Origin: Felis catus
Lineage: Eukaryota
Direction of reading: 5' to 3'
Assembly (NCBI RefSeq): GCF_018350175.1
Contig: NC_058368.1
Coordinates: forward strand, 45,634,001 to 45,698,000
DNA length: 64,000 nt
In this document: piece by piece, positions 51,451 to 64,000 of the stretch
Position numbering within the stretch: the first letter of the stretch is position 1
Layout: each line of letters starts with the position of its first letter
The notes under the pieces: generated by a model
What the model saw: only the letters and a program-made list of their open reading frames with translations
Told to the model about the DNA's origin: nothing
Database searches by the model: none
Program-made: the position numbers and the translations under genes

Positions 51451-52306
51451 GAAAAATAATTATCTAACACCAGTTTTATCTGATACATAAAGTTCATTAA
51501 AAGAAGGTACTGAAATATAGTTAAAAGAAAATACATATATTGATTTTTATGTTTAATAACTTATTTCTCTTAAACTTATTGTATTCATCTTTGAAAACGT
51601 GGAGAAGGTTGTTCCACAGGGTTTAGGAAGCAACAGTTATATTAAATGTTAAAACTAGACATTTAGTTACTATTTGCCACATGTGTTTTTTGTCATTTCA
51701 ATTATCCCGTTATTGATAATATTTCAATAAAGTTGTAAATATAAGATTCTTTAGGTTAAGTTAGACAGGTCAAATATTTGTTAAGGATTCTTCTGTTCAA
51801 CAAATATCAGGAACAGTCTTAGTAAAGAGTGAAGAGCAAATTGGTCATGGCATTTACCTTCATAGAGATTACAGTTGGAGGCACATATTGATGGAATAAT
51901 TATTTAAATAAATTTAAAAAAAATTAAAGAAAACCATGAGAACATTATCTGGGGAGATAGGTAAAAATCTGGATAATTAACAACATCTCCTTAAGGGAGA
52001 AGATCTCAAATACAATGTATTGGGCAAGTAACAGGCAATCTGGCAAAATGAGTAGAGATAAAAAAACTTCATTCAATCCTTAAAATAAAAGATATGGTGG
52101 CTATAATATGGTCAATATGAATGATTTGACAAGAGTGAAGGAGACGCTGATTAGCAAGGAGTACAAAGAAAAGACAGAAACCAGATTAGATAAAACCTTG
52201 TATAAGAAGTAAAATATTTTTTATTTTTATCTTAAGAGAAGGGCAGAGTATTAAAGGGGAAGAGAAGCAATCTGAGCACACCTACATTAAAAAAAAATAA
52301 CCTTAA

Positions 52307-52511
52307 GGGTACCTGGGTTGCTCAGTTGGTTAAGCGTCCATCTTCAGTTCAGGTCACGATCTCACAGTCTGTGAGTTCGAACCCCACAATGGGTTCTGTA
52401 CAGCTAGCACAGAGCCTGGACCCTGCTTCAGATTCTGTGTCTCCCTCTTTCTCTGCCCCTTCCTCACTCTCACTGTGTCTCTATCAAAAATAAACATTAA
52501 AAAAATTAAAA
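52307..52511 (+). mobile_element. Can-SINE
   Basis: GGGTACCTGGGTTGCTCAGTTGGTTAAGCG...GAGTTCGAACCCC. Confidence 0.95.
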
Positions 52512-55124
52512 TAATCTGTACATAACTGTAAATGGAAAAGGATGAGGTCATTTTCACCTAAGCAAATGTTTCACGTTATCTCATTGTGTGATTCCATCCA
52601 TTATACTGTATTTATTATAACATTATATATTTTGTGTAGTATTGTACTGTATATATATTTTATTTGTTATATATTTCATAATGTTTTAGAGGAATTTAGA
52701 GAAATTTTCACTTTATATGTTTGTAGGTCACTTTAAAATTTCAATTTTACGAAAATAAAGTCCCTTCAATAAGCAAAATAACGTCACTTCAAATTATAAC
52801 ATGGCTTTTTGAAGCTTCAGATGATGTTATATTTGAATTTAGAATCATTGGCTCTATGCCTATGACAGCCAGGAGAGGAAATATTCTGTCACCTCTACAG
52901 AGTCACCAGGATAATTTGCCAAGAGATTACTTTCTCTAATGAAAAATGTGTAAGCTCTTCATAAAAAAAAAATAATAATAATGGTATATACCCTCTAACC
53001 TCTGAGTTTCATATAAAAAAGTAAATCCTGATGTAAAACAAATCCATTTTGTCATAAAGTAAAATTTGTATGAAATTTCATAATGCATCTAATTTGTAAC
53101 ATTCCAATTGTAAGAAACCTCAATGAACTGTGCAGTCGTCCAGTAACCCAGATGATAGCCAAAGGAATGAAGAAAATCCTTAAAAGATGCAAAGCCATCC
53201 TAACACTTTTTGCAAATTTTTACAAAATTTACATAATCTCAATCACCTCTGGCTCCATTCTGTGCTATGCAAATGAACAGAAATGAACTCCCTTTTTTAA
53301 ATCCTCCCCACAATGAATACCATGCAAGTAATTTAGGAGTGCAACAGAATTTTTAAAAGATTTGTGGGAGAGATAAAGGACAGGTTTGAATCTTAGGAAA
53401 CTAAAATAACCATACGAACATTAAAATGGTCAATGCTGTTATTAGAATATATTTGGTTGGCCATCACATATTTAAGCATTTCCACTAGACATTTTCCCAA
53501 CTTTCCCTAAATCTCCTGCTATCTGCTTTATTCTTTCTCTGCTTCTTTCACATTTAGAGTCAACACCAATTCACTCATTGAACAATTTCTTATGGGAAAC
53601 TCACCATGTCCCTTCCCAGCCCCTTTATGAGACATGAAGATTCAGTATGAACAGAATCTAGTGCTTAACTTCAAGAATTTCATAAGGCTAGCTCAAGAGA
53701 CAACAAAACAGCCTTGGTGTGGATAGAATGCCTAGTGTGTTATGATTGCACTCCATAGAACAGGTACTTAATAGATCATTTCAGAAATTTTATGTAGTAT
53801 AATGAAAAGTGCCTTAATTTTCAAGTCAGTCACACACAAGTTCAAACCCCAGGTCTTCTTTTTCCTAGCCATGAAATGCAAGACAACTAACATTTCTGTC
53901 TCATCAGGTAAGCACTGGGCACAATTAAACCCATTGTTTTTTGTTTGTTTGTTTTTTTACGTGTGTATAATTATACTAAACTGATACATGGCATGTGCTT
54001 AATAACTGATTCTGAGATTACTAAATATTAAATATTTCAGGACTTTAAATGTATGTTTTATGAAATAATAGTTTAGTGATGTGCTCTTTGACACAGATTG
54101 TATGGAAGTACCTATTTTTAGATTAATAAGTTATAAGTCTCCACAAAATTCTACATGTTTACCTATTGTTACTAATGAAAAATCAGAAAAGTTAAGGAAT
54201 TTGCCAAAAGTTACAATCTTACAAATTACAAATTTAAGTAATTTGTCTAAGGATACAAAGGTATACCAAGGTAAGAGTTTCATTTAACGTTCTATTTCCT
54301 GGACACAACTGTTTGTAAATAGACAAATATTGCATTTTATATTCCACACTTACGGTTTCATAAAAATTATACTGTTAATTTCTTGGATAGGCTCTAAAGT
54401 TCTCTACCTGTTTTGTTCAACTTCATGGTAACAACATTGTTTTTTTTTTTTTACTTCAATTATTACACAAAACTACTGAACTGAATTATTCAGTTGTTCA
54501 TAGCATCTATCAAATTGCTCATCATGGAAGAGAAAACGTTTCATTGCATGGGAAAAACTCGTTTATAATTTCCCAAAAATATACGGAAAAATTAATAGTA
54601 AGCCCCTAGATTCATCTTACCAAATTATAACAGTATCAAAGACTAATAGATAATTTGTTATTCCTTAACATGAACCTTGAGGAATTAAAAAGAATGAAAT
54701 ATCCTGCAACACAGACTTTTTTTGCCTCCTACACTTAATAAAGCATTAGTCTCTTAAATTTAGCTCAACAATTATTTTCCATTATGAATCTGAAATTTAA
54801 TGTAACATGTAGAATCCAATTAGGACCTGCTTCTGGTTTTACTTCTATAATTGTTTTAATTAATACCATTAACCTTCTGATTTGTTTAGTGCCTATCACC
54901 TGTTCCAACTAAAGAAAGCAATATTTTCCATGAAAAGGTAAGATTGCCATATTTGGTGGTGCATTTCTATGTTAAACCCCAGCTTCAAGGGTTATGTAGG
55001 CCACCAGATGTGGATCTGTACTTTTACCTGTGTGTGCTTTCTATAGTGCAAGGAAATAAAATATAAATGAGTTTAGCTTTCTAGCTCCTCTATTACTCAA
55101 ACAACCTCTACTCAGAAAGTATAA

Positions 55125-55310
55125 TGCAAAATAAAATACTGCGGGCCAGGAAACAGAATGAAGGAATTCTATATCTGAATCTGTTCATATGTAACTATGT
55201 TCAATAATCAGGTTAATTCACTCTCCAGAATCGCGGTTTCCTCTTCTGCAATTGTGGTTAATGATGTCCTGCTTAACTTACAATATTGTAAAATGACAAG
55301 TGAGAAAAAG
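55125..55310 (+). mobile_element. MIR fragment
   Basis: AACTATGT...GTTAATTCACTCTCCAGAATCGCGGTTTCCTCTTCTGCAA resembles the MIR core. Confidence 0.55.
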
Positions 55311-55540
55311 GGAATTCAGAAAAAATGATACACTAATTTTTTCACAAATGGAAAGCATTGCCATTTATGTGTAATCTCAGGATGCTTATGATTTGTGAAT
55401 TGTATTTCAGAAAATAAAATTAATATTTGTAGGATAAAATTTTATGTTTTACCAACCAATGCCTTTCATTTTGCTCTGAATGGATATATTGAATCATGTT
55501 GCTTGTCTGTTCACTTGGATTTCTGATCAGTTTTGTCTTT

Positions 55541-55714
55541 TTTTGTTGTTGTTTATTTATTTTGAGAGAGAGAGCACACAAGTGTGGTGGTCAAAGAGAC
55601 GGGGAGAGAGAGAATGCCAAGCAGACTGACAGTGTAGACCCTGACGTGGGGCTCAAACTCACAAACCACAAGATCATGACCTGACCCAAACCCTCTGAGC
55701 CACCCAGGAGCCCC
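55541..55714 (-). mobile_element. Can-SINE (shortened)
   Basis: 14-bp TSD tcagttttgtcttt. Confidence 0.94.
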
Positions 55715-55986
55715 TCAGTTTTGTCTTTCTAAAAGGAAAGAAACTTGTGAGATAAAATCAGAATGAACAGAAAGTATAACCTGTTAATTCAAACTTTTCC
55801 ATAAAATAAAAAATGTTAAAAAAAATACACCTACAAAAAAAAAGAAGAAATTCTCCTTATATCATTTTAAATCTTCTCACTAGTTGTTTCTTCTCCATCC
55901 CCTGATTCTCCCAGTGTCTATTCTGGCCCAGAGTCTCAAAAAAGCCATAAGTTATTTTTTCGACATTTGTTCTTGTATTGTTTCCA

Positions 55987-56215
55987 TTTTTTTAATGTTT
56001 ATTTGTTTTTGAGAGAGAGAGAGACAGAATGTGAGTGGGGGAGGGGCAGAGAGAGAGAGAGAGAGGAAGACAGAATCAGAAACAGGCTCCAAGCTCTGAG
56101 CTCTCAGCAAAGAGCACAGAGCCCAGAGCCCCATGTAGGGATCAAAACCATGAACTGCGAGATCATGACCTGAGCTGAAGTCAGACACTTAAATGACTGA
56201 GCCACCCAGACCCCC
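55987..56215 (-). mobile_element. Can-SINE with small internal insertion
   Basis: Typical body; extra AGAGC-containing bases at ~56108-56130. Confidence 0.94.
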
Positions 56216-56836
56216 ATTCCCCATTTCTGCTTTAAGGAATAATGTCAACATTCTCAGACATAGGGGTACTTTTGAATTCATAAGAGAAATTACGTTTGTG
56301 AAGCATTCAAGAGTTGTTTTAAAGTCTATTCCATAATGATGTGTCAGTGTGTCATTTACATGATTCACATGGAGTTGACAGTTGTTACTGAGAATTTCAC
56401 ACTGTCAGCCCAGAGTAGGCAAACTCATTTTAGGTGAGTTGCTGCTAATATGGCTAACACGTGAATTTCTTATTCGTGTTGGCAAAGAATCACCTGAAGG
56501 ATGTGTAAAAGCACAAAATGAATTAGGAAATAACAGAACTCAGAAAGGAAACTGACTGCTTTTAAATGCCACTGATATGATTATGGTAATGCTTAAATGG
56601 CACAGGTCTTCGGAAACAAGTTATCAACTTAAGACATTAATACACTACAAATCCTCGTTTTTTAGAATTTTTCAATGGATTGTATTTTCTATTATCAAAG
56701 GAAGATTTCAGTAAAGCAAGAGGAAATATCCACTACTGCTCCATATTAAGTAAAATAATGTTAGCATAACTGAACCTTTTCCTAGACACTTCCTACTTGT
56801 TTTTGCAAGAGGGGTAAATTTGTCTAGTTCTACCTA

Positions 56837-57044
56837 TTTTATTCATTTATTTTTTTTAATGCGTATTCACTTCTGAGAGACAGAGCATGAGTGGGGAAGG
56901 GGCAGACAGAGAGGTAGACACAGAATTCGTAACAGGCTCCAGGCTCTGAGCTGAGCCCCAACATGGGGCTCAAACTCAGTAACCATGAGATCATGACAGG
57001 AGCTGAAATCAGACGCTTAACTGACTGAACCACCCAGGTGTCCC
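56837..57044 (-). mobile_element. Can-SINE (tandem copy 1)
   Basis: Flanked by gttctacctattt on both sides. Confidence 0.95.
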
Positions 57045-57068
57045 TGGTTCTACCTATTTATAAAAAAA

Positions 57069-57268
57069 ATTGTTTATTCATTTTGAGAGAGAGAGAATGA
57101 GCATGATTAGGGGAAGGCCAGAGACAGAGAGAGACAGAGAATCCCAAGCAGGCTCTGCACTGTCAGTACAGAACCCAATATGGGGCTCAATCTCATGAAC
57201 TGAGAGGTCACGACCTGAGCTGAAATCGAGAGTTAGACGCTTAACCGACTGAGCCACCTAGGCGCCCC
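57069..57268 (-). mobile_element. Can-SINE (tandem copy 2)
   Basis: Followed by tgtctaattctacctgtt, similar to tgtctagttctacctatt at 56821. Confidence 0.95.
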
Positions 57269-58059
57269 TGTCTAATTCTACCTGTTGCCTTCACTGTACT
57301 GCCCTAGTTTTTCCTATACCCTGTTCCAGGATCTGGTTCATTTTGTCTCCAGATATATTATGTGAATAGCAAGGATCTGTAACTCTAAGTAATCAAACCC
57401 CATTCTTTATTAATGTAAAGATCATCAAAGGCATTTCTCTCTCCCCTTGAGTAATATAAAAAGTGTTTTTTTTTTTCTTCCATCTTGGGAAACATGGTGC
57501 AAATACAAGTGTTAGAATCAATAATGAATTTGAGAGAAATGATGAAATAACAATGATGAGTTTGTTTTACCATCTGTTACAGGCATGCCTGACTTCATTT
57601 TCTGCTTTCCCAATCGATTTATAATGTTACTTTTTCTCTCTTAGTAAAACATTAAAAATTAAGTGAAGGAAGTCTATAATTGCAGAATTTACTCCTTATT
57701 TACATTGTTTAATCATAATAAAACTGTAAGCAAAGATATCATGAATTATTTTATCAGCTTTAAGGTTAGTGAATAAAAATTTTCTCATTCTATTTTAGGG
57801 ATTTCAATTTAATAGGATGGTAAGTCAATTCAAAAACATACACTATGTGTCAGGCACTGTCTCATATTGGGAGTTGGAAGTTGAACAAGATAGAGCTTAG
57901 AAGTTCATTGTAATGGTGGAGAAAAAAAAAATCACTGAATGTATAGACTGCGTATCCCTCACATTATAGAATCACAACGTCCTTTTGGGTGCCTCTTCTA
58001 CTTGTGTCTAGACTAGAAAAAATAAATACAGATGCACATTTGAGAATATTGAAAGCAAT

Positions 58060-58395
58060 CTAAATATAACCTGTCCAATCAATTCCCAGGAAAACCAAGG
58101 TGGGCACATGATCTGAGTTTGGCCAGTTGAGTCCTTCAACATTCAAATCTTGAGTGATTAACTAAAGGAAAAGCCAAGGCAGCTGTGATTCATTCTCCCA
58201 GTGTTTATACCTTGAATGGTGAACAATTTCTTCCTCCTTCCTAGCCCTCTGGAGTCTTTCTGGAGCCTTTTCATATTCAGACCTACTTTAATTAGCCTTC
58301 CCATTTCTTCCATGTGTTCCTAATTTCTTCCCAAAAAATTCCTTTTTGACAAGTTAGCATAAGCTTCTTACTGCTTTCGATGGAAAGCACAAAAA
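58060..58395 (+). mobile_element. Probable ancient MaLR/ERVL LTR fragment
   Basis: GGTGGGCACATGATCTGAGTTTGGCCA and AAATTCCTTTTTG..AAGTTAGC motifs of old MLT1 elements. Confidence 0.5.
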
Positions 58396-58497
58396 TCTAT
58401 CCCAAACCTCCAGTGTTTATTTAATGAAGAATGCAAAATATAGATAAATGAGAAATTAGCTTTTAATTATTAATGACTGAAGATTTTAAAACTTCTC

Positions 58498-58646
58498 TTT
58501 TTTTTTAATTTTTTTAACGTTTATTTATTTTTGAGACAGAGAGAGACAGCATGAACAGGGGAGGGGCAGAGAGAGAGGGAGACAGAATCGGAAGCAGACC
58601 TGGGCTGAAGTCGGACACTTAACCGACTGAGCCACCCAGGTGCCCC
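58498..58646 (-). mobile_element. Can-SINE with internal deletion
   Basis: GAATCGGAAGCA joined to GACCTGGGCTGAAGTCGG; TSD aaaacttctc. Confidence 0.94.
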
Positions 58647-59473
58647 AAAACTTCTCAATTTCTTAACCACACTTGTGTGAGAAACATCATCTTTCTCACC
58701 AAGTTCTTTTCACACAATTTCAAGCAAAACATTTCCATTCAATCCCCAGTTATACTTGGGTCCTGTGAGTTTCCATGGTATGCAATGGGAACAATTTTAT
58801 ACCTTCAATAGTAGTAGGTCTCAAACTTTATCAATTTAGAAAAAATAAAAAGCTATTTCCTAGAACATATAAAGCATTAAAAACAAACCAAAAGACCTAC
58901 TTGAAAGTACGAGAAAGTGTTTATGCAGGCAGCAGAGCTTTTTAAGTGAATCAGATTAGGACACGTAAGAATTTTAATTCTGTGATTTTTTTTTGTGTCT
59001 GCAGGTGCTCTTGCTTCTATCAGATCTTGCAAGTGAAAACTCCATCTTGCTAGATCTAGGTGGCAGAGGACACAGTCATGAATCAGCAGAGCTGACGAAA
59101 ATTTAGGGAGAAATTCCCGGGAATGGGATCAAAATCTGATTACAAACTCTGCCCGGTTCAGCAACTAATTCCAAAATGATGCGTGTGTAGGAATCGCCAG
59201 GAAAACAGCCGCCATACAAGAGAGCAGTCTGTGAAAAATCAAACCACTCCATGTAGTTTGCTGCTCTTTTGTCTGACATCCCCTGCCTTTTATGTAGCTC
59301 AACTTGCAGAGAAGTTTAGCAAGAATGCCAAAGCATATGAATATATTCAAAGAAATATTAGAAATTATGTTTAAATTGTTAAAGTATGTTTTAACACCTT
59401 TTACAAACAATAAAATTCTCCCATTGTAAATGGATATGTCAATGATCTCTTATAATTAAATTTATAATTCTAA

Positions 59474-59531
59474 TGTTTTTAATGTTTATTTATTTTTCAG
59501 AGAGAGCAAGCCAGGGAGGTGACTGGGGAGG

Positions 59532-59588
<57 letters not shown>

Positions 59589-59722
59589 GGACACAGAATC
59601 CCAAGCAGGCTGCAGACTCTGAGTTCTCAGCAGAGCCCAAGGCAGGGCTCGAATCCAGGACTGTTAGATCATGACCTGGGTCAAAGTCAGATGCTTAAAG
59701 GACTGAGCCACTCTGGTGCTCC
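59474..59722 (-). mobile_element. Can-SINE with long (GA)n expansion (~59535-59587)
   Basis: Typical body with about 26 GA units. Confidence 0.95.
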
Positions 59723-59729
59723 ATCTAGT

Positions 59730-61740
59730 AAATTTATAGTGCCATAACCACGATCTAGTAATAGATCGTTCCCTTCACACCAAAAAGTTCACTGTGCCAT
59801 TTGCAGTCAATCACTCTGCCCACTCCTATACATAGGCAAATGCTCTGCTTTTGTTTTTTGGAAATCTGCCTTCTCTACAATTTCACATTAAGTAGAATTA
59901 CTCATTGTGCAGTTTTAGGGTATATTTTACTTAAAGTATCTTTGAAGTTCATCCATGTTTCAACATTTTTAAAAGTATACTACATTGTGTTTATGTATCA
60001 GGTGATGGACATTTAGACTGTTTCCTGGTTTTGACTATTACCAATAACACAGCAGGAAGCATTCATGTTCAAGAATATGTGTAGGCAAATATTTTCTTTC
60101 TCTTGAGTAGATATTTAGAGTTCTTAAATTGTATGTTACTATACAATATGTTTACCTTGCTCAGAAAAGGCCAAAGTGTTTTCCAGAGTGGCTAAACCGT
60201 TGTACATTCCCATCTGTTTCTCCACGTCTTCATCAATACCTGGTATCACCAGTTCTTGATGACAGCCATTTCATTAGGTGTGTAATGGTATTTCACTGTA
60301 GTTTTAATTTGCATTTTCCTAACGACTAATGGTGTTGAGCATTTTTCATGTGCTTCTAAGCTATTCCTATAAAAATATCTATATTAGCAACTAATAATCT
60401 GAAGATAAATCAAGAAAATAGGTTATAATAGCATCTAAAAATAAAATACCTGGGAATAAATTGAACAAAAGAAGCACAAGATATGTAGCTTGAAAACAAC
60501 AAAACATTAAAAAAAAAAAAAAAGGGAGAGAGACCTGCCATGTTTGTGAGTTAGAAGACCCTGTCTAGTCAAGATGACAATTGTCTTCTAAATTTACTAT
60601 ACATTTAGTATAATACCTATCAAATTTCTAGCAGGACTTATGTAGAAATTAACAAGCTGATGTGAAAGGGCAAAGGACCAAAGATAGGCAAAACCATTTT
60701 TAAAAAGATGAGTAAAGTTCGAGGACTCAAGAATATTCTCATAAAGCTTATAAAGCTACAGTAATCAAGACACTGGAGTATTAAGCATAATTATAGAAAT
60801 ATATTCTGGATATAAATCTTTTAACAGATATATGGATTCGTAATTGTTATCTCTAACTCTGATTTGTCTTTTCCTTTTGATATAGAGATGTGTAACTGAT
60901 TTTTGTAATCCTTTACCCTGACACTTATACAGAGAAGACATCATTGTCATGACTGTGATTTAGCTGTTTTTCATAGATATCATTTGTCAGAACAAAAAGT
61001 TCCTTTTTATTCTTAGTTTATTGAGAGCTTTATCATAAATGAGTATATGAATTTATCAAAACTTTGTCTATTGGGATGGTATTTTCTCCCTTTATTCAAG
61101 ATCCTTTACTATATTAATTCATTTTTGGATGTTAATACAACATGTATGCCTACCATATTTTCTAATTTTTATTAAAATCTGCTAATATTTTAAGTAATTT
61201 TATGTTTGTATTCATGAGGAACATTGCTGTATAGTTTCATTGTAATATATTTATCTGAATTTTATATCAGAGTAATATTGGTTTCACAGAATAAATTGGT
61301 AAACAGTCTGTATATTTCCTGAAAGATTTTAAACAGTAGAGTTATTTCTTCCTAAATATTGGATAGAATTCAACAGTGAAGTCCTCTAAGCCTAGATTTT
61401 TTTTTTAAATTCAGTATTTCTACTGTTTATAGGTTTATTCTGATTTTTCTACTTCTCAAGTTAGTTTTGGTCATTTGTGTCTTTTTATAAATTCTGCCGT
61501 TTATCTAATTTTGTTGGCATAAATGGTCAATAATAACCTTTTAATATTTTCAATTTCCATAAGGTTGGTAGTGAGGTAGTTTCTTTCAATTCTTATATTT
61601 ATCCTTTGTGTTTTCTCTATTTTTTCTTTGTCAGTATAAAGATTTGTCAATTTTGTTAATTTTTTCAATAGACTTTTGGCTTCATTGATTTTTTTTCTAT
61701 TTTCTTTATTGGTTTATGCCAAATAGTAGTAATTGTTTAT
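59730..61740 (-). mobile_element. Old L1M (3'UTR plus ORF2) with an oppositely oriented internal block
   Basis: GTAGTTTTAATTTGCATTTTCCTAACGACTAATGGTGTTGAGCATTTTTCATGTGC is antisense; ~60370-60780 is sense L1. Confidence 0.75.
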
Positions 61741-62069
61741 ATGATTGCTTCCTTAAATATCAAATATAAATATCTTCACATTGTAGATACCATCTGCAAC
61801 ATGTTCTTCAAACAGAAATCCAAGAGTCCCATTAAAATGTAAAGCTCATGTTTTCAACATTTGTATTTCAATGACTCTTTGGATAAAGTTTTTGTTAATA
61901 AAAAATTTAAATACTAACCTAATCACTATTGTATGACAGCTTAATTGCCTCCCTTCCTATTCAAACTTATTCTATTAAACATCTTCCTTGTAGAACTGCC
62001 TATGGTGAATAACTAAGTTTTATTTATCTTTTTACATTTCTATTCTGGTGTTGACTGCCATATTTATAA

Positions 62070-63250
62070 AACACAGTAAAAATAAATAACAAGAATAAAG
62101 CAGAAAAATTAGAAAATAGCAAGAGAGTAGATAAAAGCCCAATCATTTCAATAATATATTAAGCATAGTCTAAACTCCCAAACTAAAATGGAAAAGATGA
62201 TACTGAAAAAAAAAAAAGGCCAAATGATATATTGCCAACAAGTAAGCCACTTTAAATATACAGACATAGAGTAGTTAAAAACAAATGATAGAAAAAGATA
62301 TATTATGTTAACACTAATCTGAATATCAACACACTTAAATTGCTCTATTATTGTAAAATAGATTTCAGGAAAAAAATATTTCTTGAGGTAAAGATCATTT
62401 CAAAAAGGGAATAAATTCTTGAAGAACAATCCTAAATATTAAAAGAAAGTAATTGAAGAGTTTCATATAAAATCAAAACAGAATTAAAAGAAAAACTAAA
62501 CAAATCTTTAATTCTAACAGGATATTTTGATACACAATCAATATATCTGACAGTTTTTAAAGACAGAAGATCAGCAATATAGATTTGAAAATCAGTATCA
62601 ATTGATTGGGTCTTACTGATTTTTTTTTTCAAATTATCCACCCTAAGAGCAGTATTTTTTTTTTCTAGGACACATGTTGCCTTTACTGAGGTAGACCACA
62701 GTCTGATAGATCATAAAATACATCTCAATAAATTAAAAAGATTTGAAACATATCTTTCCTCTTCACAATTAACTAGAAGTCATTAATGGAAAGATATCTG
62801 GAACAACCCAAATATTTATAAACTAAATGAAAATTCAAAATAATTCATGGATCAAAGAAGAGATCAAAAAGAAAATATAAAGTATTTTGAAGTGGATGAA
62901 AATAGACAATAGAAAATTTTGTGGTATCCTCCTAGGGCAGCCAGTAGTTTCTGGGGAAAATATAGCATTAAATCTTTATATAAATATAGAGAAGGATCCA
63001 ATGAAAATGAAATCTTATATTAAAAAACAAAAAATATATATATATCAAATAAAATTTAAAATAAGCAGAAGAGAACAAAGCAAATGTCAACAAAATAACA
63101 GCAAAAAAAGAGAGAAAAAACAAAAGAAAAGCTAGTTTTTTGAGAGTATCAATAATTCTGACACATTTCTAACCAGACTGATGGGGAGAAAGAGAATCTA
63201 ACTGTTGCCAACATCAGATATTATATCCAGGACATTACTAAAGGTAAACA
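62070..63250 (+). mobile_element. Old L1M ORF2 5' (endonuclease) remnant
   Basis: A-rich; CATCTCAATAAATTAAAAAGATTTGAA...AATAATTCATGGATCAAAGAAGAGATC. Confidence 0.7.
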
Positions 63251-63299
63251 GTGTAGGATCAATAGTCACACACATTCTTAAAAGTTTTAAGTGAGAAAA

Positions 63300-63975
63300 A
63301 TAGTGTATTTATTCAGATATTGATCTATTCTTTCTTCTGGAAGTATTATTTCCCATTCATATCATGTTCCTTCCGACTGAAAAATTCTTACTATTTTTTT
63401 TAGAGCAGTTTGGCCATTAAGAAGTTCTAAGCTTTTCTATATCTACAAATGTATTTTACCTTCATTTCTCAAAATGTAGTTTTGCCTTACACAGAATTAA
63501 GGGTTGACAGTTTTTTTCATCTGACACTTTAAAAAAAATATTGTTCTACTGTCTTCTGGCTTCCTTTGTTTCTGAATAGGAACTCAGAGACATTTGCATT
63601 ATTATATTCTAATACATAATATGCAATTTTCCTCTGGAGGCTTTCAAAATGTTCTTTTATCTTTAGTTTTCAGCAGCTTGATTACAATATTTTTGGATGT
63701 GCTTTTCTTTCATTTTATCCTCTTCGGGGTTTGCTGATCCTCTTATGTCTTTTAACAAGTTTGTGAAATTTCCCAAACTTATTCCTATATATGTATTTTT
63801 TTTCTGTAGCAATCTTTCTTTTCCACTTCTGATTTTCAGTGGCATCAATATTTTTCCACCAGGTTTTTGTCTTTCTGTTCTTCAAACTGAACAATTTCTA
63901 TTGTTCTATCTTTAAATGTCACTGACTCTCAGCTGTCTTCTCCACTCTACTACCGATCTCATCTACCCATAGCAG
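63300..63975 (-). mobile_element. Old L1M ORF1-region remnant
   Basis: AGAATTAAGGGTTGACAG...TTCTACTGTCTTCTGGCTTCC...TTTAGTTTTCAGCAGCTTGATTA. Confidence 0.7.
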
Positions 63976-64000
63976 GGATTTTTTTTTTTTTTGGAGTGTT

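Noticed and set aside
1..64000. CRISPR array, operon, defence or other prokaryote-type system
   Set aside because: The sequence is mammalian. Recurring repeats are dispersed SINEs and LINEs with A tails and TSDs, not regularly spaced repeat-spacer units, and there are no long ORFs

Overview
This is mammalian nuclear DNA, AT-rich and repeat-dense, almost certainly from a felid: it carries about 28 tRNA-derived Can-SINE copies, six with the diagnostic sequence of the young cat-type SINEC_Fc subfamily. I find no recognisable protein-coding gene, RNA gene, CpG island, CRISPR array or prokaryote-type system; the window reads as a large intron or intergenic region. The supplied ORFs are explained by SINE frames, decayed L1 ORF1/ORF2, microsatellites or chance. 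Main structures: (1) a full-length but dead carnivore L1 (10621-18160) interrupted by a ~600-bp ERV1-like solo LTR and a SINE; (2) a 2-kb truncated L1 nested in an older L1M; (3) old MaLR LTRs, L2, MIR, MER5A and a MER53 hairpin; (4) a few unique islands, the best being a bHLH/homeodomain-motif-rich candidate enhancer at ~7.05-8.56 kb. I did not find a convincing novel biological system. Repeat family names come from my recall of consensus sequences, not a database search, and boundaries of old repeats are approximate.
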